DNA of 64,000 nt, from assembly GCA_038212275.1 (NCBI GenBank), contig JBBQUR010000017.1, positions 42,232 to 106,231 of the forward strand, in the 5' to 3' direction. The position numbers and the translations under genes are program-made. Below the pieces are notes generated by a model. The model was not told where the DNA came from and did not search any database. It saw only the letters and a list, made by a program, of their open reading frames with translations. Source of the DNA: Planctomycetota bacterium (GTDB taxonomy: Bacteria > Planctomycetota > B15-G4). Positions 39,243 through 49,231 of the stretch are shown one piece after another. Position 1 is the stretch's first letter. Each line of letters begins with the position of its first letter.

Positions 39243-41336
39243 ATGAATCTCAATCGACGCGAGTTCGTTCAATTGGCCGCGGGAATGGGGGCGGCGCTGG
39301 CGTGGGGCAGCTCCGCTCGAGCGTCAAGCACCGGCTGGCGTGAGCGGCGCGAGCTCTATCCGGAAGGCGTCGCGTCCGGCGATCCCGATCCGACGAGCGT
39401 GATCCTCTGGACTCGGCGGCCGTTCGAATCCGGCGACCGGCACGTGCTCACGCTCGAAGTCGCCGAGGACGATGCATTCCTGAGCGTCGTCGCAAAGGCG
39501 TCCGCGCCGGTCTCAGCGGAATCGGATTGGACGTCGCGCGTGTTGGTCGGTCACCTCAAACCTGCGCGCGTCTACTGGTACCGCTTCACCGATGGAGAGG
39601 GAAACGGGAGCCGCGTCGGTCGCACGATCACCGCCCCGCTCGCGGACGATCCACGACCGGTCAACTTCGCCTTCGTCAGCTGCCAGAGTCTTAACGAAGG
39701 CAAGCTCAACGGCTATCGCCGGATGATCTTCGAAGATGAGCGCGCGGCGCCCCCTGGACCGGGCGACAACCCAGGCGTTGTCGGCGATACCCAACTTGGT
39801 TTCGTTCTCCACCTCGGTGATTTCATTTACGAGGTCGTCGAATATCCCGACGAGGTGAAGACGCGGTACGACCGCACGATTTACGACGTCGGCCGGATTC
39901 CCGATGGCGGCAAAACCAGCAACTTCCATTACCCGCTCACGGTCGAAGGCTATCGCGTCGTCTACAAGGGCTACCTGGCTGATCCCGATCTGCAAGACGC
40001 ACGAGCGCGCTGGCCGTTCGTCGCCATCTGGGACAACCACGAATTCTCATGGCAGGGCCGGCAGAGCATCGTGCAGGCGGGAGGCCCGCCGCAGCCTGGA
40101 CAAACGGTGAAGGTCGCCGCAAACCAGGCCTGGTTCGAATACATTCCCGCGCGCGTGAAGGCGCCGAGCGGATCGCTCGACACGTTCGGCACGGTGCCGG
40201 TGAACAATGTGCCGATCGAAAACTGGAGCGACAGCGGCCTCGACATCGAACCGAACAATCAGACGGCCATCAACAGCCTGATCGCCTATCGGTCGTTGCG
40301 CTACGGCCGGCACCGCGATCTCATTCTCACCGACCAGCACAGCTTCCGCGGCGATGACGCGACCGATGCGGAGGGCGTCGGCGAGATTTACGACCCGTCG
40401 TTCAACGGGATGTTCTCCGAACCGGCGATGATCGCGCTCGATGCCGGCCGCACGTGCAACGACGGAAAACCGCCCGCCGAACTGAGCTTTGGCGAAACAG
40501 GAATTCCGAATCCGCGGAAAGAGTCACCGCCGCGCACGATCCTCGGAACCCATCAGAAGAAGTGGTTCATGGACCAGCTGCGTCAGTCGGCGGCCACCTG
40601 GAAGATCTGGGGCAATTCGCAGGGTGCTCTCGATCAGCGGGTCGACCCGCAGAACCTGCCGGATGGCCTGACCGAGAACACGTGGCCGGCCGATACCTTC
40701 GCCCAGATCGGCAGCGGCGATTGGGGCAGCGCCTACCACGAGCGCGGAGAAATCTATGACCTCGTCCGCGATGCGAAGATCACAGGATTCGCGATCGTGT
40801 CGGGCGACCGTCACAGTTTCTGGGCCGGCTATGCCGCTTCCCTCTTGCCACCCGCCAAGTTCGAGCCGGTCGGCATCAGTTTCGTCGGCGCGTCGCTCGT
40901 CAGCCCGGGCACGATGGAGGCCTACGAGCACAGTCTCCGCAAAGATCATCCGCTGCGTGCGCTGTTCCTGGCTGATCGGCCAGACGGCAAGCCCGAATGG
41001 ACGTACAACATGCTCCTCAAGCACGGAGTCCGCTCGTGCCTCGAATACGCCAAAAGCTTCGACCTGAAGCGGGCTCACGCTCTTTCCAATCCGCAGCTTG
41101 CTCCGCACCTCGAATTCGTGGATCTGGGCGGTCACGGCTACGCGACGGTGCGGCTCACCAGCCGTGAAATGCGAACCGAGTTCGTCTGCATTCCGCGCCC
41201 CATCACTCGCAGCGATCGTCCGGATGGCGGTCCGCTTCGCTACCGCGTCGTCCACACGGCATCGCTCTGGGAACCGGGCGAGCGACCGCTGCTGCGCCAG
41301 CAAGTCATTGAAGGCGATCCCGGACTGTCCATCTGA
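39243..41336 (+). CDS. phoD: Alkaline phosphatase D family protein, Tat-exported
   Basis: NRREFV Tat motif; GVASGDP, LHLGDFIYE, WDNHE, SGDRHSF. Confidence 0.92.
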   Translation: MNLNRREFVQLAAGMGAALAWGSSARASSTGWRERRELYPEGVASGDPDPTSVILWTRRPFESGDRHVLTLEVAEDDAFLSVVAKASAPVSAESDWTSRVLVGHLKPARVYWYRFTDGEGNGSRVGRTITAPLADDPRPVNFAFVSCQSLNEGKLNGYRRMIFEDERAAPPGPGDNPGVVGDTQLGFVLHLGDFIYEVVEYPDEVKTRYDRTIYDVGRIPDGGKTSNFHYPLTVEGYRVVYKGYLADPDLQDARARWPFVAIWDNHEFSWQGRQSIVQAGGPPQPGQTVKVAANQAWFEYIPARVKAPSGSLDTFGTVPVNNVPIENWSDSGLDIEPNNQTAINSLIAYRSLRYGRHRDLILTDQHSFRGDDATDAEGVGEIYDPSFNGMFSEPAMIALDAGRTCNDGKPPAELSFGETGIPNPRKESPPRTILGTHQKKWFMDQLRQSAATWKIWGNSQGALDQRVDPQNLPDGLTENTWPADTFAQIGSGDWGSAYHERGEIYDLVRDAKITGFAIVSGDRHSFWAGYAASLLPPAKFEPVGISFVGASLVSPGTMEAYEHSLRKDHPLRALFLADRPDGKPEWTYNMLLKHGVRSCLEYAKSFDLKRAHALSNPQLAPHLEFVDLGGHGYATVRLTSREMRTEFVCIPRPITRSDRPDGGPLRYRVVHTASLWEPGERPLLRQQVIEGDPGLSI

Positions 41337-41350
41337 GCGGCAATGGTTCA

Positions 41351-41403
41351 CCACCCTTGCGTCGATACGAGCTTCTCTCGAGTTCGTATAAGCTCAAGGG
41401 TGG
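41351..41403. other. Imperfect palindrome at the left boundary of the island
   Basis: CCACCCTTG/CAAGGGTGG outer arms; ATACGAGCT/AGTTCGTAT inner arms. Confidence 0.6.
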
Positions 41404-41717
41404 ACCACCGGTCCACGCGCGATACGAGCTGTGCTGATCACGACGAAATCCACTTCGCATCCTCTGCCGCACCCGGAACCGAGGTCCATTCGGCCAGCGG
41501 ACGACTCTTAGTGAACCACACATCTGTACACCGCTCAAGGCCACAGAAACGGCCGATCCTCGCCCGGAAAGATCGCTGGGCCAGCACACCGCTCTCCTGC
41601 AGCTCCGGATCCTTCCCGAGCTGCTCGTGATCGATCACGCGCGCAATCCGCCATCAAGCGCACCTCAACTCGTCGCGGCATGAGCGGGCACGAAATCGGC
41701 ACTTATTCCCCGGGCTG

Positions 41718-42122
41718 CTAGACGTCTGACTCTCGGTTCCGCCTCCACAACGAGGCGACGATAAGTGCTCCACAAATAATGACGCCTATCAACGCATATG
41801 GGTTGCCCCACATCAACCCGAGCAAGCACAACGCCATCCCGAACGCGGAGATGACTATCACGAAGTACCGCGACAGCTTGTCGCCCCACACCGCACAATC
41901 TGCATCGAACTTTGTGGAATGGGACTCCTGCAAGAGCGTACGCGCCTGATCCAAGAGGTGATCGGGGACCATGAGCTGCTCGCGACGAGCAGCACTGCCC
42001 ACCCACGGGAAACCTCGGAGCTTGGTTTGCTTTACGTGATGCGAAAGCCCGCTTCGGCTGAGCAGCTCCGCACTGGCGTGCACCTTCGCAGGACTCGACG
42101 TGAGCACCGCTACGTCGGTCAT
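41718..42122 (-). CDS. Small membrane protein (DUF2007-like N-terminus, 2 TM helices)
   Basis: LL...GL...LMVP...LDQARTLL pattern, then two hydrophobic helices. Confidence 0.6.
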   Translation of the reverse strand: MTDVAVLTSSPAKVHASAELLSRSGLSHHVKQTKLRGFPWVGSAARREQLMVPDHLLDQARTLLQESHSTKFDADCAVWGDKLSRYFVIVISAFGMALCLLGLMWGNPYALIGVIICGALIVASLWRRNRESDV

Positions 42123-42266
42123 GGCGGTGCCCGTGCGCTAGCAGCCGCTCCACTCGACGCGACCTCACTTCCCGGCTGGTACACGCTCTTGCGTTGGGAA
42201 CACTTGCATGACAAGACTTGGACCTCGCGGCCGGCGTGGTGCATCAGCATCAAGCCGAGCCTGCCG

Positions 42267-43328
42267 CTATCGCCGGCCACTCGGACCTTGCGAAGGGCTA
42301 TCCAGGGATGCTAGCGAGTCGATCAGTGACCTCCGAATTCCTTCATTGGATGTCTTCACGAGTGCATCGGTGATCGCAGCCGCAAGTTCCGGATTGGGTC
42401 CCAAAACTCCGTCAGCACCTGCAACTCGTACTCTGCTTCCCATGACTGCAACGGAGGCAACCATGCTTGCCTTCACAAGCTCATCGTTCCCAGAACGGAT
42501 GCAATCGAGAACATAGCCTTCCACACGACCTTGTCCTGCCGGTGTTATGGGATTTCCGCCAAACGATAGTTTCGCGGCATCTCCCTTTTCGGCAAGAGTG
42601 ACGATGACGGCACGCTTACCGTGAACATCGGTCGCCATGTCAAGCAGCGAGAGGAACGACGCCTCGCTCCCGGCCTCATGCGCCAAGACCCGGCTTCCGG
42701 CCCGCCTGATTCCGTAGGAAGCATCAGACGACTCGACGAAGCCACGGCAAAGGCTTTCGAACTCCCCGCTCGACCCACCAAGGCGCAGCCGAGTCTCAAT
42801 CGAATCCGCCACGACTTGGTTTTCCACTGCGTCTGAATAGTGATTCGCCAGCGCAAGATTTGCGTATCGCACGAGCACATCTTCGACCGCCTTGCGAGCC
42901 GCCACTGCATCGTGCCCCTCCATCTGCGCCACGACCGGAAGAACTGCCCTTACTCCGACGGGATCCTGAAGCCCCTCCAGAAGGAGATCCGGTGCAATCG
43001 AAGGACGCTGGCTCGCAAGAGTAGCGACCACTCCGTACGCTTGCCCACGCACGCGATCGGCGACTGGAGGAGATGCATGGAACACACGGCTACGCAGCGC
43101 CTCGACCACACCGGAAGCAGGAAGTCGGACGAGCTTGTTCATGCCCTCGATCTCGGTTCGATAGGCCAGGAATAAATCTATGGCCCGGTCAACCTCTTCC
43201 TGGAGGACGGTGTCAGCTACGGCTAGAGCTTCGTCATGCGTCGAGGAGCCGGGTTGAGTTTGACCGATGGTCACCGGCGAAAGCGCCGCTACGCCTATGG
43301 TCAACATTAGACTTCTGTGCATTTTCAT
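42267..43328 (-). CDS. Secreted alpha-helical (HEAT-like) hypothetical protein
   Basis: Long ORF in the lower-GC region; signal peptide MKMHRSLMLTIGVAA. Confidence 0.65.
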   Translation of the reverse strand: MKMHRSLMLTIGVAALSPVTIGQTQPGSSTHDEALAVADTVLQEEVDRAIDLFLAYRTEIEGMNKLVRLPASGVVEALRSRVFHASPPVADRVRGQAYGVVATLASQRPSIAPDLLLEGLQDPVGVRAVLPVVAQMEGHDAVAARKAVEDVLVRYANLALANHYSDAVENQVVADSIETRLRLGGSSGEFESLCRGFVESSDASYGIRRAGSRVLAHEAGSEASFLSLLDMATDVHGKRAVIVTLAEKGDAAKLSFGGNPITPAGQGRVEGYVLDCIRSGNDELVKASMVASVAVMGSRVRVAGADGVLGPNPELAAAITDALVKTSNEGIRRSLIDSLASLDSPSQGPSGRR

Positions 43329-43416
43329 AAATCCCTGAGATAATGCAGTGGAATTCGTGTCTTTCGTTCGGACCGCACAACAGTGCGGCCCGCTGATGAG
43401 GGTGGTAGCGTCGTGA

Positions 43417-45687
43417 TCATGGTAGCCCGGGAACCGCAGACCACTGATACAGGTACGGAACGGGATCGTCGACCAGACTCCACATCGTGGTCTCCGTGTC
43501 ACATGGGTTGCACACGTGCGGCAACAGCTCGGATCCGTTCAAGTAGACTTCATGCCATGGAAACTTGTCGTGGTTCATCAGGAGCGTGAATTCGATCGGT
43601 CCAAGTTGCCCAGTCAGTGGATCGTGCACCTGACGAAGCAACATCCCGCCATTGGCGTCAACATCGGGTGCGAATGAAAGGCCAAACAGTCCGGAGCACC
43701 CCGGCCCGACCGCAAAGCCAAATGGCAGCACTGCTGCCTGATGCTCCCCTGAGGATGCGGGCAACTCGTCATACGTTGGCGGCACGAATGTGTGCACGGG
43801 GCCCTCTTCTGGACCGCAGATCACCATTGATAAGTACTCCCACACCACGTGGCAGAATTTTTGACACCAAGTTCCCTCGCTGTTCTCCGGAAGGCAATTG
43901 TCAACTATGCTGGACAACGCATGGCTGGTGACATATGTCTGCGGGGTGATTCCGCTCCATGAGAGCTTGAATGTCATCATTCCGCGACTTGCCGAGTTCT
44001 GGTAACCATACGTCCTGGCATCTCCCGTTGTGAAAATGACCGGCAATACGAGAGGCATGTATTCGCACTGCAGAAATGCTCGGTAGGAAACTTCGATGTC
44101 CGGAAGTTCTGATACGGCAACAACGTGTCCGGCCGTAAATTGATCGCCGCCCGGTGCAGTGTACAGCAACGAAACGGTGATGGATTGCGAATCGAACGAC
44201 TGCCACGTCACCAAGTGCGTAGTAGTCCCACTGATGGAATTTACAACGTGTCCTTGTGCATCCACCAACGCCCCTGACGAAGCCCCTTCCGCGAGAGTCC
44301 ACTCGTACGATCCATTTTCGGCACCGCCCACCTTCGTCAGGTCCGTCGAATGGCCAGCCACGAGCCGACTGGCCCCGTCGATCGCGACTGGCGGCGCCCC
44401 GATATACACATCCTTCGACTTGCTCTTGTTGTTGTTTAGGCTTTGCTCGGTGCCCGCATTCACAAACCGAAGCCGGAACGCTCGCTTCTTTCCGTAGTTT
44501 TCCGGACCCGTGAGACTTCCACCCAGCACGATGATCTGAATCGGCGACGTCTTTACTCCTGACTGACACGGGATGGCGCCGATGGGAATGAGGACGCCGG
44601 GCAGTGCTTGCCAGCTCCCGTTCTTCGCCTTCATCTCAACGAGCACTGCAGTATTGTCGCTTGTGGTCGACGTTCCATTGTTCTGGTACTGGAACTGGAA
44701 CTTCAGGACGCCGCCGCTGGACACAGTCGGCACGGTCGCAGGAGAGATCGGCTGAGGAGCCAGCCATATCCAAGGATTGTTCGTGAAGGAGACATCTGCC
44801 TTGAGACTGATGGCGTCGCGCTCGCCCCATGGCGTATGGTAGAAGGGCACGCCAGCGGTTTCGCGTGCTTTCAACGCGAAGTAGCGCTTGCCGGCATAGT
44901 TCGGGAAAGTGAACGTCCGCGTGAATTCACTGATGGGCCATCCACCGTGGATCTGTCCCAGCGAGAAGGATGCGACCCATTGCGGGTCGCCCGACATGTC
45001 CGACGTGGCTGCCGAATAGAGGTCCATGATAGCATCGGGCACCGCGAGCTCGCCCCCATTTATCAGCCGAAAGGTGGCAGTGGCCGGCGCGCCGCCGCAG
45101 ATATGCTTCTCGTCTAGGATATCCAGCCAGCCCGCATGAATATCGGCGACATCGGGTCGCGTCAGGAAGAACTCCTGGGAAGGTGAGTGAGACGTGTCCA
45201 AGAACCCATTTATGTACGTCGTCAGGTTAAAACGCAGGTAGTGGAACCCCACCTTGAACTCTGTCGAGGGCAGAGTCGTCCAGAGGTTGTTCGGTGTAGG
45301 AGCGATTTCATCGCAGCCGAGACATGGCGGGATAGGAAGCGATGCATCCCAACTGGAAAATGTCGAGGTCGGCTTTTCGGAAATGGTTGGGTAGCCGTAG
45401 GATCCAATGCAAATTGGTGCTCCGTTCGAGTAGTTGCAGGGAGTGTGAGGAGCCTGCCTCGTGAATCGCACCCAAACTTTTTCGTCACCGACCGTCATCG
45501 GTACATTGAACGAATTGGTATTCAAGTTTACTTGGGCTGGCGTTTTCCGATACCAAGTTACGTCGAGTGCGGTCCACGTCGATTGTGCCGACGCCGTGCC
45601 CACGCATCCCAAGACAATTAGGATCGCAGCCACGCGAGAGTTGAGGTGGAGCAACATGCCTGAAACTGAACGATTTCCTTGTGGCAT
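43417..45687 (-). CDS. Large secreted protein with CARDB/Ig-like domains
   Basis: 756-aa ORF; signal ending TASAQ; FRLINGG, FQYQNNG, EQSLNNN motifs. Confidence 0.72.
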   Translation of the reverse strand: MPQGNRSVSGMLLHLNSRVAAILIVLGCVGTASAQSTWTALDVTWYRKTPAQVNLNTNSFNVPMTVGDEKVWVRFTRQAPHTPCNYSNGAPICIGSYGYPTISEKPTSTFSSWDASLPIPPCLGCDEIAPTPNNLWTTLPSTEFKVGFHYLRFNLTTYINGFLDTSHSPSQEFFLTRPDVADIHAGWLDILDEKHICGGAPATATFRLINGGELAVPDAIMDLYSAATSDMSGDPQWVASFSLGQIHGGWPISEFTRTFTFPNYAGKRYFALKARETAGVPFYHTPWGERDAISLKADVSFTNNPWIWLAPQPISPATVPTVSSGGVLKFQFQYQNNGTSTTSDNTAVLVEMKAKNGSWQALPGVLIPIGAIPCQSGVKTSPIQIIVLGGSLTGPENYGKKRAFRLRFVNAGTEQSLNNNKSKSKDVYIGAPPVAIDGASRLVAGHSTDLTKVGGAENGSYEWTLAEGASSGALVDAQGHVVNSISGTTTHLVTWQSFDSQSITVSLLYTAPGGDQFTAGHVVAVSELPDIEVSYRAFLQCEYMPLVLPVIFTTGDARTYGYQNSASRGMMTFKLSWSGITPQTYVTSHALSSIVDNCLPENSEGTWCQKFCHVVWEYLSMVICGPEEGPVHTFVPPTYDELPASSGEHQAAVLPFGFAVGPGCSGLFGLSFAPDVDANGGMLLRQVHDPLTGQLGPIEFTLLMNHDKFPWHEVYLNGSELLPHVCNPCDTETTMWSLVDDPVPYLYQWSAVPGLP

Positions 45688-45698
45688 CGTGAGGCGAT

Positions 45699-46001
45699 TC
45701 AGTAGTCGATTACTGTGTCGATCAGGATCGACGAGTTCGTCAGAAGCCTACTCTCATCCGGACCCTCGAGTTCAATATCGTCGTCCTGGCGGACGCCGGG
45801 ATCCGCCTCGAAGTCCGCATTGATGGTATCTGGGTCCGGGATGCCTGCGGCGCCATCACCATCGGGGGGGTCGTCAACGGGGGCTGGAACATGAAGGTTT
45901 GCTGCTTCGAGACGAGACGGCGTCATTGTCACAACCGCTCCGACAACCAGCGTCACCGAAGCTGCTAAGACAAATGCCGAGGAACGGATGCCTTTCGCCA
46001 T
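45699..46001 (-). CDS. Small acidic secreted hypothetical protein
   Basis: AGGAG RBS; signal peptide; Asp/Pro-rich body. Confidence 0.6.
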   Translation of the reverse strand: MAKGIRSSAFVLAASVTLVVGAVVTMTPSRLEAANLHVPAPVDDPPDGDGAAGIPDPDTINADFEADPGVRQDDDIELEGPDESRLLTNSSILIDTVIDY

Positions 46002-46468
46002 GGATTCACTCCTGTTCGAGATCACCGTGTCATCCCCGGTGCGGCACAGCGCCGAACGCCTGATCAACCCAAACTCAGCCTCTGTAGCCGTATCCGGTTA
46101 TAGACCTTTCCGCACCGGAGATGGTCCCACGCATGCGGCAGTCGGTCAAGCGCTGCGAGCACCAATCCGCGGAGCATGCCGTGCGGTGGTTCGCCAATGA
46201 GGCCGCAAAGTGCATTTCTGGCACTTCCGGCTTTCGTGTGGGTAGCTGGGACGCCATCACCCACCGTTTCGACCTGCGTCGGTAGCTGTTCACGACGCAT
46301 CCCGCCCCTGGCCCGAGGGCCCCAGGCCGGACTTGCCCTTTCCGCCCTAACCTTGATGTGTCGAGTAGATCAGATGGGATGAGAAGGCCAGCCTCCTTCG
46401 CGGGATACCTGTGGGGTTCCCATCGTCATCACGAGCTCGAGGGCTCACAGACAGAAGGAGGCTGATCC

Positions 46469-47551
46469 TTGGAAAAGGCTACCACGACCATGTCCACCCT
46501 GACCATCGGCATCGACCTTGGCGACCGGCACAGCCACCTGTGCCTGCTCGACGACGGCGGCAAGGTCATCGAGGAATCCCGACTGGCGACCACGCCGGAA
46601 GCGTTCCGAGGCCGCTTCGCCGGACTTTCGAAGACTCGCGTCGCGATCGAGGTCGGGACGCATTCACCTTGGATCTCTGCGCTGCTGGCGGAGCTGGGCC
46701 ATGAAGTGCTCGTCGCCAACCCGCGCAAGCTGCGCATGATCTACCGCAACGACAGCAAGAATGACCGCTGCGATGCCGAGCAACTTGCGCGAGTGGCGCG
46801 CATGGATCCGAGCCTGTTGTATCCGATCGAGCACCGCGGCCGGCAGGCGGCCGTCGACCTTGCCGTGCTGCGCTCGCGAGACACGCTGGTCGCGGCGCGC
46901 ACACGCCTCGTCAACCATGTGCGCGGCACGCTGAAGGCCCTTGGCCTGCGCGCGAAAAAGTGCTCCACGCCGTCGTTCGACAAGCAGGTGCCCGAAGCGA
47001 TCCCCGAGGAGCTGCAGCCGGCGCTGGCTCCCATCCTCACCGCGATCGGCGAGCTGACGACGGCAATCAAGGGCTACGACAAGGTCATCGCCACACTGTG
47101 TCGCGACTCGTATCAGGAGACCGAGCTGTTACGTGCTGTCCCCGGTGTTGGTCCCGTGACCGCGCTGAGTTTCGTGCTGACTCTGGAGGATCCAATCCGG
47201 TTCAAGAAGAGCCGCGCTGTCGGAGCCTTCTTAGGATTGCGGCCGAAGCAGCGGCAGTCCGGCAGCAGCGATCCCGAGCTGCGCATCACGAAAGCCGGTG
47301 ACCGGGATCTGCGACGCCTGCTGGTGCAGAGTGCGCAGTACACCTTGGGGCCCTTCGGCAAGGACTCCGACCTGCGGCGCTGGGGTCTCGCACTGGCGGC
47401 GCGCGGCGGAAAAGCCGCCAAGAAACGCGCGGTCGTCGCCGTGGCGCGCAAACTGGCGGTGCTGCTGCACCGCCTGTGGGTGACCGCTGAGGTCTACGAG
47501 CCGCTGCGCCAAGCCGGGAAAGTCGACAGCCGCAAAGCAATACCTGCGTAA
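46469..47551 (+). CDS. IS110 family transposase/recombinase (DEDD RuvC-like)
   Basis: IGIDLG, AIEVG, KNDRCDA, VPGVGPVTA, GLRPKQRQSG, ITKAG, VAVARKL; AAGGAGG RBS before TTG. Confidence 0.97.
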   Translation: MEKATTTMSTLTIGIDLGDRHSHLCLLDDGGKVIEESRLATTPEAFRGRFAGLSKTRVAIEVGTHSPWISALLAELGHEVLVANPRKLRMIYRNDSKNDRCDAEQLARVARMDPSLLYPIEHRGRQAAVDLAVLRSRDTLVAARTRLVNHVRGTLKALGLRAKKCSTPSFDKQVPEAIPEELQPALAPILTAIGELTTAIKGYDKVIATLCRDSYQETELLRAVPGVGPVTALSFVLTLEDPIRFKKSRAVGAFLGLRPKQRQSGSSDPELRITKAGDRDLRRLLVQSAQYTLGPFGKDSDLRRWGLALAARGGKAAKKRAVVAVARKLAVLLHRLWVTAEVYEPLRQAGKVDSRKAIPA

Positions 47552-47609
47552 TTATCCAACACCTGAATCTCTGGAGAACGAAAGCCGGCGCACCGCGAGC
47601 GAGTCTCGG

Positions 47610-47833
47610 GTGATTCCTGGAACACAATCGAACTGCATTCAACCGCCCAGTCCGGGTGACTGCGACGAATGGCTAGGCCAGACGTGCACTCACGTGCCCC
47701 GAAGGTCGCAGATCAGATGGCAGCATCCGCACTGGACGGACCCCAACAAGCACCGAGCCGCAACCACGCTGGGCTCATCAAGAGTGCGCATGGAAGCACG
47801 GCGGACGATGCGCTTCGATCCACCAGGAATCAC
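47610..47833 (+). ncRNA. Putative bridge/seek RNA of the IS1111 element
   Basis: Closing stem GTGATTCCTGG/CCAGGAATCAC; two stem-flanked loops whose sequences match the target flanks and the IS end. Exact RNA ends unknown. Confidence 0.82.
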
Positions 47834-47860
47834 TTGACGCGTAGGGCCTTCTCATGGAAG

Positions 47861-48045
47861 CCATTCGGCTTCACCCGCACAGATCGGGACTGCCGCTTTC
47901 CCGCATTCGGCTCTTCCGGGAGGTGTCCTGAATCCAGCTACGTCGGATCGCTAAGGTGCACGGAGACGGAGTCTGGAGAGAGGGTAGCGCGCGAGCAGGG
48001 CATTAAACCGTCATGGGGGCAGGCCGTGATTCCCACCTTGCCGGC
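47861..48045. repeat. Copy 1 (right part) of the ~200-bp non-coding repeat; left part at 46360-46373, split by the IS
   Basis: Shares TGAATCCAGCTACG, TCGCTAAGGTGC, CGGAGACGGAGTCT, TAGCGCGCGAGCA and CAGGCCGTG with 54568-54767. Confidence 0.9.
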
Positions 48046-48127
48046 TCCGGCTGACGTGGAGCGCGAGGGCAGAGACGCACGTTGGCCGAAGTAAGGCCTC
48101 AGCCGATCGTGGGCGGACTTCGCTGCT

Positions 48128-49132
48128 TCACGAGGTAGTGCCCTTCAGTGCGTTGCTAGCCGAAAAGCCAAAGCTCGCCGTGGGATCGGAGACCCACACT
48201 TGGAAAAAGATCTCTGTGCCAGGCGGTAGGCCGGACGGCAAGGTGAACGCGAAAGCAGCCGATCCAAGCCCGTCCGTGCCAAGGGGAAGGAAGAGCACCG
48301 GATTGGGAACCATGACACCGCCTTTGAACGGGGCATCTAGTTCCGAAACGCCGACGACCAGCGTGGCCGCCGAGAAAGGTCGCGCCTTGCTCAGATTCAG
48401 GTGGTTCACCGAGCCAGCGTAGAGAAATCCATCGGCGGTCAGCCACGGCACGCCCTGCGATCCGCTCTTTCCGTGGTCGAGATCCGTCCAGGTCTGCGGC
48501 CCATCCACCCGAAACGCGATCTCGTTGGCGATCGTTCCGAAGCCGTTGCCATAGTTGGTGAGCGTGCATTCGATGTATTGAGCGGTGACAGGAAGAAACG
48601 GCAGGATGATCGCATCCGCATTCGGTGTGGGAAGGTTGAAATAGCTGCCTACGTTGATGGCACCGCTAGAAAAGTCGCCATCTAGGTCAGCCCGCACCAC
48701 CATAGTGCTGATCGCCTGGCTGTGGAAATTGCTGCCTTGCCACAGGGCGATGGCAGAGACCTGATAGGCAGCGCCAAGATCAAAGACCATCACTCCCGAC
48801 GACACGAATGCTGCCGAGTTCCACGACCCCAGACCGTGGTGAGGCGTCGCCGGGACAAACACGTCGAAGTTCGTGATGCCACTCGCATACGGCGCGTCCA
48901 ATCCCGATTGATCGACGAGATGCACGGCCTCGAGCCCTGGCTGCTCCCCCATCGAGTTCGATGCGATCGTTGGCTGAACAATGAACTGCGCGGCAGCACT
49001 TCCTACGGATGCCAAGACCCCGAGCAGCGCACTGATGCCCAAAGCAACGCTGCTAGGGCGGCCCGATCCGACGATCTGGCCTCTGCCGAGATTCGGCCAC
49101 ATTGCCTGACGTTGATACAGTCTGTCATTCAT
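48128..49132 (-). CDS. Secreted discoidin-like (jelly-roll) domain protein with the shared C-terminal domain
   Basis: Signal ending AAAQ; LVDQSGL, VFDLG, IALWQ, EIAF; shared CTD. Confidence 0.78.
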   Translation of the reverse strand: MNDRLYQRQAMWPNLGRGQIVGSGRPSSVALGISALLGVLASVGSAAAQFIVQPTIASNSMGEQPGLEAVHLVDQSGLDAPYASGITNFDVFVPATPHHGLGSWNSAAFVSSGVMVFDLGAAYQVSAIALWQGSNFHSQAISTMVVRADLDGDFSSGAINVGSYFNLPTPNADAIILPFLPVTAQYIECTLTNYGNGFGTIANEIAFRVDGPQTWTDLDHGKSGSQGVPWLTADGFLYAGSVNHLNLSKARPFSAATLVVGVSELDAPFKGGVMVPNPVLFLPLGTDGLGSAAFAFTLPSGLPPGTEIFFQVWVSDPTASFGFSASNALKGTTS

Positions 49133-49231
49133 GGCGCGTCATCCTTGGTGGAGGGGCACTCGTCGCAATCGCTCACCGAGAGACAGGGGATCGCCGGAGT
49201 AAAACGAAGGTGTTTCCTTACGCCCTACAGA

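Larger units (their letters stand above)
46372..47860 (+). mobile_element. IS110-family insertion sequence, IS1111 subgroup
   Basis: 11-bp subterminal IRs ATGAGAAGGCC (46379-46389) and GGCCTTCTCAT (47845-47855); AG core at both ends (46372-73, 47859-60); long 3' non-coding region; flanks rejoin to match 54568-54593. Confidence 0.93.
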
